From positions 2,914,001 through 2,978,000 of the forward strand of contig NC_134031.1 in the NCBI RefSeq assembly GCF_964204645.1: a stretch of 64,000 nucleotides of DNA, read 5' to 3'. Made by a program: the position numbers and the translations under genes. Under the pieces are notes generated by a model. It worked only from the letters and a program-made list of their open reading frames with translations, ran no database searches and was not told the DNA's origin. This document shows, one piece after another, positions 41,467-56,140 of the stretch (positions are counted from its first letter, which is position 1; each line of letters begins with the position of its first letter). This stretch comes from Tubulanus polymorphus (lineage: Eukaryota; Animalia; Nemertea).

Positions 41467-44400
41467 GGAAAAGCAAACTAGGGCTAAAGTAAAGAGAATA
41501 TTTAAACCTACACAAAATTCGAATTTCTAAGGATATTTCAGATACATTTACAATCAATGAAATTCATGAACAACTGATTTGTAGATAATAGAATCATTTG
41601 TTTCGTTCAAAAGATGTTTTATTTTCTGCATATGGGTATAATATATTAATCGGTTTGTTTTGCGCAGAAAATAGAATACTATTATATCATGATGGTTTAG
41701 ATTTGTGTTTTGCGTCGATGCTACACATGTTATAGGCCTGTATTGAAATTGATGTAATTTGCTCGAATGTCGCAGTTGAGATTAATTAGGTCCGGATTCG
41801 GATTGGGCCATATCGTCAATGTCTACTGCTAAACATGCATACACGATTCTCGTGCCGGATCGTGTTGTGTTAACTGTGTGCGCTGCATGCTGTTGTATAT
41901 GCTGCAGCATATCGGGCTGACTCCGCCGGGACGCACCGTTCGTGTGTACGTTTCGAAGTTGTGTGAATCGTTTAATTCGATTACGCGGGCCATGATGTCA
42001 CCAGACTGACTGATCTGCGATTCATCTTTGCTTATCTAATTACGTATGTAATGAGTCCTCGGCAGTACGTGGTGTGCGTTGTGCGGTGTGCGTTACGTGT
42101 GCGCCTACACCGCGCCGAACCGAGGACTCGGAAAGATGATTTTGTGAAATTCCCTGATACCTCGTGTCCCGAAACTGCGCTTTCGTATTGACAGAAGTTT
42201 TCCGCATTCCTCCGCGCCAACCCTCACTTTAAGGAATGGCTTGAATATCTTAATTTAGGCTAAATCCACATTTTAGTCTGATGAACAAAGTTATTAACTT
42301 AATGATCGTTAAGACATGATAACCAATTTAAATAGAGAAATAGTAGAGGTACTTTCTGTAACTTTTTCTTTTATGTAATAGTGATGACTGGATTTCTGTA
42401 TTGTCTCTTTAGTAAAGAAATAAACTCACATCTATATAAGTAATATTTATGATTGCCTGGTGGTCTTTTGTCTTTCTATTCCTGTTCCTGTGGCCATAGC
42501 CGAACGCACACGAGAACAAGAAACACAGGTTTCGATAAGTCATGTTTCGTGTTTCGGAGCAACGCACACAATCACGAAACAATCGAAAAGCGTGTTTCTG
42601 TTTTTGTGTTTCGGGTTGGAGCGCCCGCTCTGTGGTTTAGCTAAATATCACGGGCGACCAGAAATTGCGTTCATAATGTACGAAAAAAGATACAGTGTAT
42701 CTCGTCGGGGAAAGAGTGTTCTATTTATGATATCCGATACACGCTACGCGTTTCGGCGACTGTGATATTTTATCAATCAATGCATATATTTCATAGATAG
42801 ATTAATTCTTTATTGACGAGAAATGTTTCTTTTTGATGGGCTTACTTTACGACTGAATGGCACAGAATGTGCAATATATACACATTTGCTTATTAGAAAA
42901 ATCATGGCGCCAAAACCAGCTCAACGTCTGAAACTACGGAGATATATCTTTCGATTTAGCACGGGAGGCGGGTATAGTGAACGCGCACGTATTCCGTTTG
43001 AAATTATTGGCAACGACATTAAAATTTCAACAAGCGCCGACAAGAAATAATAGATTTATCGGTAGTTAGCATGCACGAACTGGCGGTCCCCGGTGACAGT
43101 ATATAGTATGCTAAAGACAGTTAGTGAAATATTGATAATGTTCGGCTAGCTGTGTGTATCACACAAATCAATGTACTGATACAGTGTGATTTTAGCACTG
43201 GTTTCGCGATTAGCAAATTGCTTTCTATTTTATTACTTGTAAGTCAGTCACGCAGCCGGGACATGTTTCACCATAGTAAAATATGTACATGTATATGTAT
43301 ATACGTGCTCTCGATGCGATGAATCGAGAGTCCCTTCGGGCCCGACGCGTGGTTTCTTCGACGAATTCAAAAACCTTCCACACGCGAATATTATTTTATG
43401 ACCTGTAATGTCTACACTCGACGTGCCAGCTATACACGAAAAATATTTTAATTTTAGAATTTTTTTTTCCATTGTAGAATTGTTGCTATAAGTTCAGTTT
43501 TCGTTCTGAATAACCTTTCACTAAATGAAAAATACAATCTTTTCAAATGAGAAGCGGAATATCTTGAATAATTTCTTACGAAATTGTATGTATAATATAT
43601 GCGAAAGTTATTTTTGGGAATACTCTACTGTCGATAAGGCACTTAAATTAGCTGATGATCTGCCGCCTTTTTCTGAATGTCTGTGAGAGTTAAGGAGTTC
43701 GTCGTTTCAGACGCCTTCAGAGAGGACTGGGTCCCATGTGGGCCGCTAACCATTCACAGAAACAGGCGCTGCAGTCGTCGCCACGTTTCATCTGTAAATT
43801 AGTTGCGAAGGCAGCACGCGAATTCCAGCGCCCGCGAGAGCTGAATCTTGACAACAATGGACGACGATACAAATAAAATCTGACTCCGAGATTCCGCATG
43901 AAAATAATTGGCTTGATTTGATGGATGTGTTAATTCGGCGGTTTTGGACTAATCAAATCCGTTTGATGAATGAGACTTGGTTTAGTTTGGTACTCGGGGG
44001 AAAAATAATATACATGCCTGTTTTCGGAACGATTTGATATACTTTTTCACATCAACGAATTATACAAAATCTTCCTCGATAGTCGATACACACGCCGGGG
44101 ATATCGGATGCAGCAAATCTTGATGTACCGGTATATCGGGTTTATAAACAATTCAACCGGTTTATCGCACTATCATCGACATCATCGGGTCGCATGTTTA
44201 TCCGGATAAACAAAGCCGCGCATCGCCCGAAGCTCGTCCTCAATAATACATCAAAACGCGCGCAGTGCCCGGTTTCTGGCGGAACTCTGACGCGCTCGAT
44301 TGCGGCCCGATAAATTTCCTATAGAAAATAGCGCCGTAATTTGATACCGATACACCCGCACCGATCGGAAATCAATACGCCAGACGACACTGCGTATTCG

Positions 44401-46442
44401 TCTGCTGTTGAAATATTAACGGCCCGTTTGCGACGACGAACGCTTCCGTGATTGTGGTTTAAAATGGCCCTCTGTTTAACGGCTATTGTCGCGCACCATC
44501 GGCTTCGGTCTGAAATCGATAGTAACGTTATAGTTTTCTGGCCTATATTTCAAGGAGTGCACATTTTCTATTCATATATTCACTTTGCGGTGATCAGTTC
44601 GTGTCCAGTTGATTGATACGTACTTCGGAGATTTTACCTATAATTAAAGTTATGCATTTTCCAAAGCATTTCCTTCTAAGCCCTAAATCTTTAAAAGTCT
44701 ATTATATTCAATTTCGTCGGCACTTCTGATCAAAATTCAAACACGTCGCTTCAGTTACCTCCATTTCCGCGACTGTACACTAAAGAACGACCTTGACACG
44801 ACCGCGTTATGAAGTGTGGGTCCATTGCTACTTCAAATCTGAGCGATCGCCAACTTTATCTAAAATTCAATCTTATAGATCGTAATCGGTCAAGTTATTC
44901 GCGACGGTCTTAATCCGACTGATGTTTCCGAACAAATCCGAAACTATGACGGCATTCTACGGGGACGAGCGGGCTTTTGAACCTGACGCACCAGATGGGC
45001 GCGGCACACGAAATATCGGTGTAATTTACAATGTAATTACAGGCCTCTGAGATTCGAACCATTTTCGTTATTCTATTGACGAAAAGACTTTGATGCTCGG
45101 GAAAATATCCGTACAGCCTTCAGTCGGAAATTACAGGGCACCGTCGCTTGAAACCCTGTCGATGTCTTTCGCTGTTTCTGACTGTTACTAGAATTTCTAG
45201 GCTAAATCCGCAGTTAATTGGTTGGGATTTTAATTTGATAACGCGCCCAGTCTGTGTCGTGTAGAGCGTCGGAGTAATTCTGCAGGAGTTAAGAGAAATG
45301 TAAAGTCATCTTTTAGAACAACGAGAATAAGGTTCCCTTAACCTTCATTTAAAGCCTTAATGTCAGTGTAGCCTTCGAGTAATCACTTGTCAAATGATTA
45401 TTTCAAGGTGTGTGCCTAACTGCAATTTGTTAGGTTGATCCTTGGAATAATCCTTGGAGTCTTGGTCAAGATGATTACTTCAAGATGGTTAATCATAGAG
45501 CGTGCACTGCTAGTACGTACTAAGCACTTCTAGGACTGGATGAATCTCAACCATGACCAATCCCGGCCAGCGTATTGACGTTCCAGAAAATAGCCAGGCC
45601 GAATAACTTACTATAGGTGTGTACATAATTACTTTTGAGAAATGAAGAAAATATTATTTATCTGAGCGGGCTTCTCAGTTTTATCACCAGGTGGCGTCGT
45701 GAATATGTTTTCAATTAAACGAATCAATTCGCATCTCATTTCTTCGAATTAGTCACTTTTGTTGTTACGGTCCCGGAGAAGCAAGGAAAGGAAAAACAGC
45801 AAATTTCAAGAATTCTTTATATAAATTCTTTATTCTCTGATTATATACCTCCGCATGATTAAAACCTGTCATTCTAATCTTTCGCTTGAATCCAACCGTT
45901 GATTCTTGTTAAGCCCTTTCTACAATTCGTCGCCAAGTACCTGGAAATATAGGCTGAAGAGCTTAGTCATGTAGGAATCACAAGCTCGGATTAATACTGA
46001 CCACATCTTGGTAACCGAACAATAGACTTGCATTTTTTACGTCTTATTTCACACGGGCAACAAAAATCGGTGCAGTTATTTTCGGACGGTGGCATAATGC
46101 GAAATGATACTCGGGTTGTGAGTGGTCAGCGTGGTCATTGCGGTCACTCACTCTCTATTGAGCTCGGACAATGACACCTGCTAGCGGTCAGCGTCGCGAG
46201 ATACAAAAACGAAGTCAGGTTTTATTGTACACTGGCTAGCTGAGATTAAGATTTATTATGGTATTTGCTGTTGGTTTCTTTATTTCGTTTCCCAGGCACT
46301 AGCGACCGTTTATTTCGCAACCCAAAACGGTTGCCATGAGCTATTGATAGTTAAAAAAGTTTTGTTTGGTTCTTCAATATTTCCGATCTTAACTATTTTG
46401 GTTTAGATGTGATACATATGCTCGACATTATTGACTTGTAGA

Positions 46443-49400
46443 TGTGAGAATGGCAAAATATTTCCATATTTTGTCTCATTTATTCGAAGCCTCCCTGTCG
46501 CTCTTCCTGGGAACGTCCTTACGACAGTAGTTGGTTGTTCCATAGACGTACATAATTTATACGTCCATGGTTGTTGCAAACGCATTCGTCTTTCACAGAT
46601 CGTAGTCTCCACCGTATGCTGATGAACAGAAGAACATTTCAAATGGGAATTCCTAATGATCTTTTTTAGGCAAATTCAGCTCGACTTTGTTTTCGCGACT
46701 ACTTCGAATGTTTCGAATCGACCCGAGCAAAAGTCAGTACATTCTTAAACACAGTACATTCTTAGTTATGCGTACTAATTGAAATTCTCGATGAATTCGA
46801 ATTTTTCGAATCGCCAGCACCTGGAAAAATCACTTAAACACAAAGGTGTCCGCTATTAACCTGTCTCGCTAGAGGTTTCGAATGATTTCACCTTCGTCGC
46901 GCGGGTCGACCTATTGTATCGGACTCGAGACCGTCTTTCACGAAATCTTCCCGTATTTGTACAACGTTACAAAAGACGAGCAGTAAAAAAACCCCGTCGA
47001 ATATACAACAAAGCGACGTGCGGCCTCTGGTCCGGTCCAGCCCGGCGGGCATTTGATTTTTGCGGTATCATTCCGCTTAAAATACGACGTATTGTCTCGC
47101 GATGTTAAGACTTTTCTGTCGCTATGGGCCATTTTTGTGAAAGACAGTTAAAGAGATATATTGTTATTAGTATATAATTTGATAGTCGGTTTTTGGTGTG
47201 AAAATGACGATTGTTGCGAGGCCAGCAGGTCGGCTATATCGAAAACCACTTTTTGTTTGCGTACGAGATTTTTTAGTCATTTTTAAGTTAGACCAGGCGA
47301 ACGTCTTTTAGAAATGTGCTTTCATTGGAAATGTACTTTGATTCGATTCGACCTTAGATGTTTCTTGAATCGACTGTCCAACTAACTTCATTATAAAGAC
47401 TTGATTCAAATGTTGCTGCTAGCTTGCCATTTTCTGGATTGGACTTCGGAAATAGAAATAACCGCAATGATTCATGCTTTTTCTTGTTAATGTTGCAATT
47501 TCTAATTGAGAAAACCCTCCGAAGCCAGCACAGTTATTTCAAACGTTGAAGAGGTGACTACGGAGGTGACTACTATAGTTGTGTTGGCTCTAACAAAACT
47601 GGCCCCTGGAACTGCGAAAAATGGCCTATAACATGCCGTGGGAAACTTTGTCACTGAGACGTCCAGACAAGGGTCAAATTTAATAGAGCTCATAAATAAC
47701 CAACTCGATTGTGAAGTTGTCTCAATAATATAGTAGTGGACGTTTTTTTTGTCATTAGCCGAAAGAAAAAACCTATTGACCGACTCGAAATTTCCCACGT
47801 CCAGATTCCCAGGTACCTGCCCGAACTGAAAGGGTTCTTACCTCGAGCGGCCCTTCGGGATTCCCAGGTACCGCGACAGCGTGACAAGTGATCCCCACGC
47901 CCAAGCAACCTCGTGTGCCTGGAATTTGATTGTTTGCGAATTGCATTTATTATTTGTGATGTCGATTATTTTCGTTTTCATTGCGAAATCGAATACAGAA
48001 CGCGCCAGTCTGAATTTAAACATAATAGTTTTTATCCAGGCAGATCGGTCACGTTCCTTTGTTGCCGGGCACAATATGATTTTCACTATTTTGAAATGAA
48101 ATCCAATTTTCCCACCTGGCCACGAACAACAGTTTGTCCAGAGAATTTTTCTTGTTTCCATAGAACTTTGACCCTTAGTTTTGGAGGTCGTCATTCATTC
48201 AGCGCGTAATCATTTCTGCAGGGTATATTTTATGTATTTTCATAAATCACCTATGTATGGCAAACTTTCCGAAGACACGTGCGCCTTATTCTATCTTTAA
48301 TCAGTTGTATGCTTCATTATGAGGCACCTGTAGAGAGTAGTCCCGTTGTGGCGCGGTTGCCAATCAAAAAGTTATAGGCCTAAAAATATCTATAAACCCC
48401 TTCAATTGAAAATGTCTCAGCACCAACTTCGATCGCAAATTTGGATTCAGGATTTTTTTAAATGGATTGTGTCGAGCGTTTATCAACGAAGAAAGCTTAT
48501 TCCTTCTGGTGGTTAAAACCTCTCAGCACCGAGTATCTCACGTCGCTCTCTAGAACTCGAGTCAGATGCATCTTTCTAACCCTTTCAATTCTCAAGACAA
48601 ATACTATTTGCTTTTCGCGAATCGTCGAGGATCTAATGTTCACATAAAACTCCCATTAATTCCAGTGTCCAACATGTGTTTTGTTTAGTTCGTTTTTCCC
48701 GTCGAGATGATAATTGTCCGCAGATCACGTTCAATCGCGATGGTCAAAAGGACGATTTCGCAATTGTATCGAGCATTTTTTTTTGTTCGCCGTCGCGGAC
48801 GCTTTCGACCTGTTCTTTGTGCCGATTTCGCCGGGTTGATTGTCATCGGCGGTGGCGATAATAAGATTTACGTGCTTTTCGGCGATAGATAAATATACAA
48901 TTAGAGATTTTGGCGACTGTTTTTGTCAGTTCAAACTCTGATGGAATCGTACAGAGGTCATTAGAATGTTAACCGCAGTTCTAGTTAGGCCAATCGACCT
49001 GAAAACTTAGTTTATTCCAAGAAAGCCATGTCTATCTTTGATATGATATGATTTATTTTCATATGAAATGTTTACAAAATTAATAAATGAACAGAATCAA
49101 ACATTAACATGTAATAATGTAGATGAAGGACTGCTTTGAAGCAGCAGTTAGCTTGTGCTTGAAACAAGCCTCAAGTAATGAAAGAAAAATAGAATAAAGA
49201 TAAATGTTTGGATTTTGATGTTAATAAGTAACCCTTATATTACCCTGGACCAAGCATGGCGTTCAATACTTGGATATTCTCTGAAGAGGTCAGAATCGTC
49301 GGCTTGTTCTCAAAGTAAACCCGTATGAATTAATAAATGATTTATCATTCCATTTGAAAGAAATATTCAGACTTATTTCGTTACCCATTTATCGACGCGG

Positions 49401-50904
49401 GTCATATATCAAATCGATTGACCACATTTCTGGCGTTCTGCACGGATTCTGTTGTTCGTGGCTCAGTCGAGAAAAAAACGACGTCTGGCCTCAGGTTCAT
49501 CATCTCTCTGACGGAGATCGTGAGAACGCGAATCATTTCGTCTATAGGTCAGTGTTTATTGGAACGATTGTAACAAAAAACGTGATTGACCCCGGGTTAA
49601 TGGCGATCGAAAAAAAAACAAGTTTTTATTTGACTGGTCACACAATCGTAATGATAGATATACCCGTTCTCGAACGCGAGTCCCGTGGGAAGTATTGGGG
49701 TTGTTTAAAAAATGACCAGGTGCATCCAGACAAGTGCGATGACATCAGTGACAGGTCATTTTTGTCGAATTGAATTCGCAAATAAAGAAATTATCTCCAA
49801 TGCGCCTAAATAACGACGAAGGTTGCCCGAAAAAATGGTCGCTTTTAATTCTCCTTCCGCGAGGCAGATGCCGCGTGGAGATCAATGTCCGGCGTCGTTA
49901 CGTCAAAGTCAGTCGTCTGTTAATAAGTCAAGGTCGTTTTGTAAGCGAAACGAAGTAAAGACAGATGCGGAGCCGGGGATCAATGTCAGGTGACATCACG
50001 TCAATTCGCTTCATCGAACATCATTTTCGACGCAATATTCCCACATTTTTGCAGACGCGCGTCTCGCCTCTACAGATGGTTGTAATGGACCGCGTCGTCG
50101 TAATCCTCATTAATGGATTAACGGATCAAGACGCCGACACACAACATTAGCGAATAATTGTGCAAAGTGGCCCAACGCGCTCGTGTCTTTGGCTTGTGAC
50201 AGACGGTCCAAAACGTAACATAATGTATTGCCACAAAAACAACCATTTTGGTGCTTTATTGTATAGATTCACTCTTTATGAATCAAGTGTTTAAAGGTCT
50301 TTACTTGGAAAGGACCAAAGTTCGGAGTTAAAATCATCGAGCTTAAATTGTAGTTGGTGCGATTCCGAAACACATAAAGGAACCGCGATGAAACCCGAAA
50401 TTGTAGTTGGTGCGATTCCGAAATACATAAAGGAACCGCGATGAAACCCGTTGAAATTTTCTCCAAATCTCCAATTGTAAATAAAGACATTTTCGCAACC
50501 GTTTTAACCCAATATCTGCTTTCTGAAATATCGAATATGTCCGTCCACCACACCGCGATAAGGTGGATGAAATTAAGCTAAATGCAATCGGTTAAATGGC
50601 TCTTAAATCGACGTCAATTATCGGATCATCTTTCACTTAACGGGACCTTATCTTAAGATGGCAGACGATCGTCATGTGATAATCGGATTTAGAACCGTTA
50701 TGCTCGAATATTATCTCCGAGTCGTTTGATTGAGATATAGTGTTTAGTGTCGGGGTTCGGGTCGGTGGTCTTCCGAAAATCCCTGCTGTTTATAGTAATT
50801 TTAGTTAAGACAATCATGGCAATCTTGAAGACTTGTTCCATCGCTCGAACCATACGTAGGATAAGATCACCAATTTTCGTTTGTTATTGACTGAATTTCT
50901 CACG
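46443..50904. promoter_or_regulatory. Cluster of Su(H)/RBPJ consensus sites (YGTGRGAA); candidate Notch-responsive enhancer region
   Basis: Sites at 46443(+), 47637(+), 47792(-), 49519(+), 49684(+), 50038(-), 50897(-). Function is inferred. Confidence 0.45.
50345..50450. repeat. 53-bp tandem duplication
   Basis: 50345-50397 and 50398-50450 are identical except for one C/T. Confidence 0.95.
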
Positions 50905-53900
50905 GAAAAAACAATGCGAAAAAATAATTAGCCCTTTTCTTTCAAATATTCCGAGCTACTTAAATTTTCAATTTCTATTGATTAGATTATGGATCGCCAA
51001 TTTCGTTTCAGTTTTCAGGTGCGATTCGAATTCAATTTCTCAAGCAGAGAAAGAACAATAGCATTTTGAAAGTCGTCAAAACAAAGTCTTTTATGCGAAG
51101 TAAAACGTTGAACAATACAGAACTCATCTTCAAATTTGAGTCGTGAATACTTCGTAATTGCTTCCCATGGAAAATGGACGCGCCACCGAACCGCTGAGGG
51201 GGGTTTAATTGTCGAATATAGAATTCTTAACAACCGATCATTAAAATTGCCTTTCCTAATTAGACACAAGTGTCCTCTATTTATATATTTATATATATAC
51301 ATACGCCCCACCTGAATAATACACGAATGTAAGTAAGACATTGTCTAAAACTCCACCTGAAGCCCGCGGGGATGAAACATCACCAAACAATACTCAATTA
51401 TCGGCTGAATGGACCAGGGAGGCTGGACGACCAGTTGAAAGATGCACGAGACTGAATGACAGGCTTTAATTTGGCTGATTTATCACCCCGTAATTTATCG
51501 TATTATCGTTTGAATTTTCGATATCTTTGAAATCGTTTATATGCTTGAACCGTGTCGCGGAAATAGATTCGATTTATGATTACGAGGTATTTCACTAATA
51601 ATCGATCGACTGGTTCACGCAAACCCTACACACATCTGCAGGTGCGATCCCGTTTATGGAATTACTTTTTTTAAATAAAAGTTAATCGAATTTATGAAAG
51701 TTTGTTCAGCAAATAATAAAATCAAGGTCAAACTCTGAAATCTAGGTCAAACTCAGCTGTAAAAATATACTCTGTTTGCGTTAGTTTATGACCTGCTACG
51801 CCGATTATACAATCAAACAAGTTAACAAATTTTCCTATCCTTGACTAAATGAAAGAGATCCAATTCTGTGTGCGCAATGTTTCCGGTAATATTCGCGGCA
51901 GTTCGTCCCTGCTGCAACAATTCAGGAATCGAAAACTACATGCAATACCCCCAAAACAACTATTTCTAGAAACCTCGAAGAACTACGAATTTTCTTTCTT
52001 GGATACAGTCGGACATCATTCCGAACTTATGTTCCCATAATATATCAGCTCGGATGGGTACCCAGCAGTTGGGCGAATAGGGCACCCATGTTCGCATGGA
52101 TAGACCGCCAACTCCATCGGAATGCATCATCGTTCAAAATCGGGCATTTCATCGGAACCCCAGAGAACCAGGTCTGCATACCATTCACACGGGTGGAAGG
52201 TGTGTACACTGACCAGCGGTCCATTGAATACTGGTGCAATAATGGAACGCACTGGCTTTCACTAGTACGAGTCGGGGGTCACTCGGCATGCTGTATACCT
52301 GGCATGGGAATGTTTCGTGTAGCCATTCTTCAAAATTGCACTATTTTATAATTATAGGTATATATGAGCAAATTAACGTCACGATAATGATATCACCATT
52401 GAAGACTGTGGTTGCATTATACGCGCAGCGTGGGTTATCATATCCTTCGTGTGACCGGTCGGTGTATCAATTCATCGAAGACCTATATATCCGGTCTGTT
52501 TTGCTCTCACAGTTAAGCAGATCATAGACTCTAAAACGAATGAGAAAAATTCGTTTCAGAGTTCATAGTCTTATGTACTGGTGATTAGATTTATTTAGTA
52601 CCTTCTAACAAAATAGCTGCCTCCATAATTCTCCTAATGACTTCATCGAAATTACTTAGTGATTTGGGTATAGTCTAATACCTTTGGACAAAATGGCTGC
52701 CTCTATGAATCACCGTGACATCATCAAATTTCCCAGGTTCTTGTTTCGTAAACTAGTACACTTTGTGTAGACGATATGGCATAAGTGATTTCAAACGAGG
52801 GTTTATGAAGACGGCCATCTTTAAGGAAGGATACAATTCCAAGACAAAAAGAAAACTCTATTTTTCCGAACGCGAGGATTCGCAACAATTCATTTCAAAA
52901 ACAAAAACAATAAGAATCCGGTTCCGTTTTAGAGTCCGGGAGGACATTGTAGACACAACTCAGGTATCGGCTCCTTTACTTTATCATGACCTCGCGGAGG
53001 AAACCAGGGAACACATCGACGGTTGATACAGCCATCGTATTAGACAATCGACTTTTTATGACTGTCGAAACAACAAGTCCAATTTGGTTCTTCGGGGTTC
53101 GACTTACAGCGCTGTCATTGAATACGGACACTATACGAGCCAAACACAATTTCCGCAACAAAAACAATGATTCCGTAGACAATAAAGTTCTTTTTGTTGT
53201 TCGCAAATTAGCTACCGAAATCATCCTTGGCCCGATTTCAAATTTATTACATAAATTGGCATTATTAGTATATCATTATGATTTATACTATACACATAGA
53301 TAAATAGAACAAGTTAATGGAATCGCGGTGGACATGTTTTTTTTCACCGGTTATCGGATGAGAGAGAGATGCGACTTCAATATTTATCTAGAGATAATGC
53401 GTTATGTATAAATCATCGAAAATGATGATAGGCCATGAGATGATTGCGTGGCGAATTAGCATGAAATAGTAATAACGATCTGCTTTATCCCTATCGACGT
53501 GTGAACGTGTCTGCGAGACGGCTGGACGGCGCCCCGGAAACGCTGTTACACGCGTTAGGGCATTAGCGTATAAATATTTGAAATCGGTGATTTTGCGGCG
53601 AAGAATCGAATCACACACGAGTCACATTGAAATAATCACGTATTCATCTGCGACGATAATACCCGTATGGTTAAATATTCAACGACGATGAAATCGCGGA
53701 TGGATTTTCCCAGAATCGACCGCAATCTGATTCTGAATTGAGAATCGGTTTTCATGTGCCGTCGAATCCAGGCTCATTAAAATTTTATTTTAACGCGAGC
53801 GAATTATGTGATGAACGAGGAATCATCTCTTTCACTATAAACCGACATTGCAGTAGGTTTCTATATAATTACCTTGTGTTCGTAAATCCTGGTGGCGATC

Positions 53901-55725
53901 GGACAAAGTTTCTTATTCCCTAAAATACCCGCAGCAATATAGCGGTTGATTCTTCCGTTTACTGGGAAGTCTAACGAATGGGAACTTTCCCATGCCCCTA
54001 AAAAAGATCCCGACCTTTTAAAGGTTGTTTCTTCCTTTTACTGATCGGGTGGTCTGGTTAATGGGAAAGGAGGTGTCATGTTCTACCTTCGGATGGGATC
54101 GGATAGTTCACTAAAAATGATGTTTTGCTTCACTCACTAGTGCGACTAGAGATTTTAAATCAATTCGTCTGACGAACGACCAGGTGTGTAGAGTAGTGAC
54201 TTTAGTTGCCTGTACCCCATCGACCGTTCGTTAGATTCTGAATGTTCGAATTTTTGAATGTTTGATTTTCGAGCGCGTGTCGACAATAAGAGCTTCTACG
54301 ATACAATATTCACAATACGTCTCTTCCCTCGATTTGTTTAATTTTCAAAACCCTCTCTCTCATCCCGGTTTGACGAGTTTAACAGTTTGAATTTCACGCG
54401 CCGATCCTCTTTTGTAAAAGTGTCGTTCGTCGAACGCGATTCGAGGCGTTACTTTCAACCGTGCGCGCACCGTCGAACCATCCCATCGGCGTCACGAGTC
54501 ACGTGACTCCGGCGAAGGTCGCGTGCGCAGTCGCGTCGGTATTATTGTCTTATGACGATTTGAGATTTGGTCGATTGAGAACGTTTCGGGTAAACGTCTG
54601 AATTTTGTATGTATAGATGCGTCTAGCACTCGTGAACTATCTTCCATGTGTGTTATTCCATTAAGTGTCAAGTCGGTGTGTTGCTCTCAGCATTGTCACT
54701 TTTGACATGAACCGATACGGCTCTCGACAAGGCGATGATCAGACCGAAATTAGTTTTCCTTTAGAAAGATTTCGGTGACGAAGCTTTTTGTTGTTCACGT
54801 TTGACGGATTTGTATGAAAACTAACGATCCAAAACGGTCCATCAATCTTCGACGATTAATTTTGACATTTCAAGTATTAACAAACGTCTGTTTTCCAAAT
54901 TGCGAATCATGCGAAATATTAAGATCTTCTATATGTATATACCCGTCAATAGAGTTGCGCGCAATTCTAATGACATTTTAAAGGCGAATTCCGTGTGGTT
55001 TATTTCATAACATTACCATATACATACAAGAAATTCTGAACATCGCAGGATATCTTCAAACTCAATTCCATGTCATAAATTCACATTATAAACAAACTGC
55101 TTCGAGAATATATTCTACGAATATATATACGTAATATTGATGATGGACCCTTATTAGGAAGCGATTAAAAAGTGGCACAATTCACGGGGAATTACCACTG
55201 CATTCAATTGACCAATTGATGATTAGCTACCGGGTGTAGGTGCTCTGTAACAATCCTCTGCGAGACCAGGAACAAAACAAACACTGTTTTCCCGCCCTCA
55301 AAAATCGCCAACAGGAACAGAACTCATATTTTACAATATCCTTTGTTTTGTCGTGATGGTTTAATTGAATTGGTACGAATTGAACGGGCTTTATAATTCA
55401 TTTTCAATACATTTCATAGTCTTGATTACCAAACAAATAGGTCCTTGTTTTTAATTTCAGCAAAAATCTAACGCGGGTTTTCCTCGTGATAACTTTCCTG
55501 CTCTGATGTTCCTTTTGATAAGTATTCATGTATTTCTTTTCATTTAAACCGTGTTTGTATGAATTCTGTAAACTGCATGGATACGTGTACACTGTATGAA
55601 CCTGTTTTTTGTGCTCTGTGCAAATGTAAATTTTGTGGAGCAATAAACTAATTGTAATTGTAATTGTAATTTTTTATCTATCTCATGAAATTCTACAATT
55701 ACTAAACTTTGATCGAACCAGCCAG

Positions 55726-56140
55726 GGACCAGTTGCAATTGAGGTTCAAAGATCCATGATTCTAACTAACAACTTCACCTACGTATAAGCCGTTAAGTTC
55801 ATTTTAGTTTTTTAAGTATCTAGCTATGAACTTTTTAAGACCAGGGGCCAGTTGCATAGTCATGGCTTTGACTTATGACCAGTCTAAGACCAACTTAGTT
55901 CTATAGCCAAAATAACAACTTAAAGGATTTATCGAGTATAAGATCCATATAGCATATGCTCATTAGTTTTACATGATATCAAATGATATGATTTTACATG
56001 ATTTCAAATGTATCTTTGATGATATACAAAGAGAACGGAGAAGATAAAAACTTATCTAATCAAAAGCTTTGATGAACAGATGGATTTTTAGTTACGTACG
56101 CCCAGTAGCCTTAAGATCTGAAACCGTTTGCAACTGACCC
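55726..56140. mobile_element. Harbinger-type MITE with a second, truncated MITE nested inside (55845-~55925)
   Basis: Outer ends are GGACCAGTTGCAA and TTGCAACTGACCC. The inner element starts AAGAC-CAG-GGGCCAGTTGCATAGTCATGGCTT and matches copies at 23110 and 58312. Confidence 0.55.
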
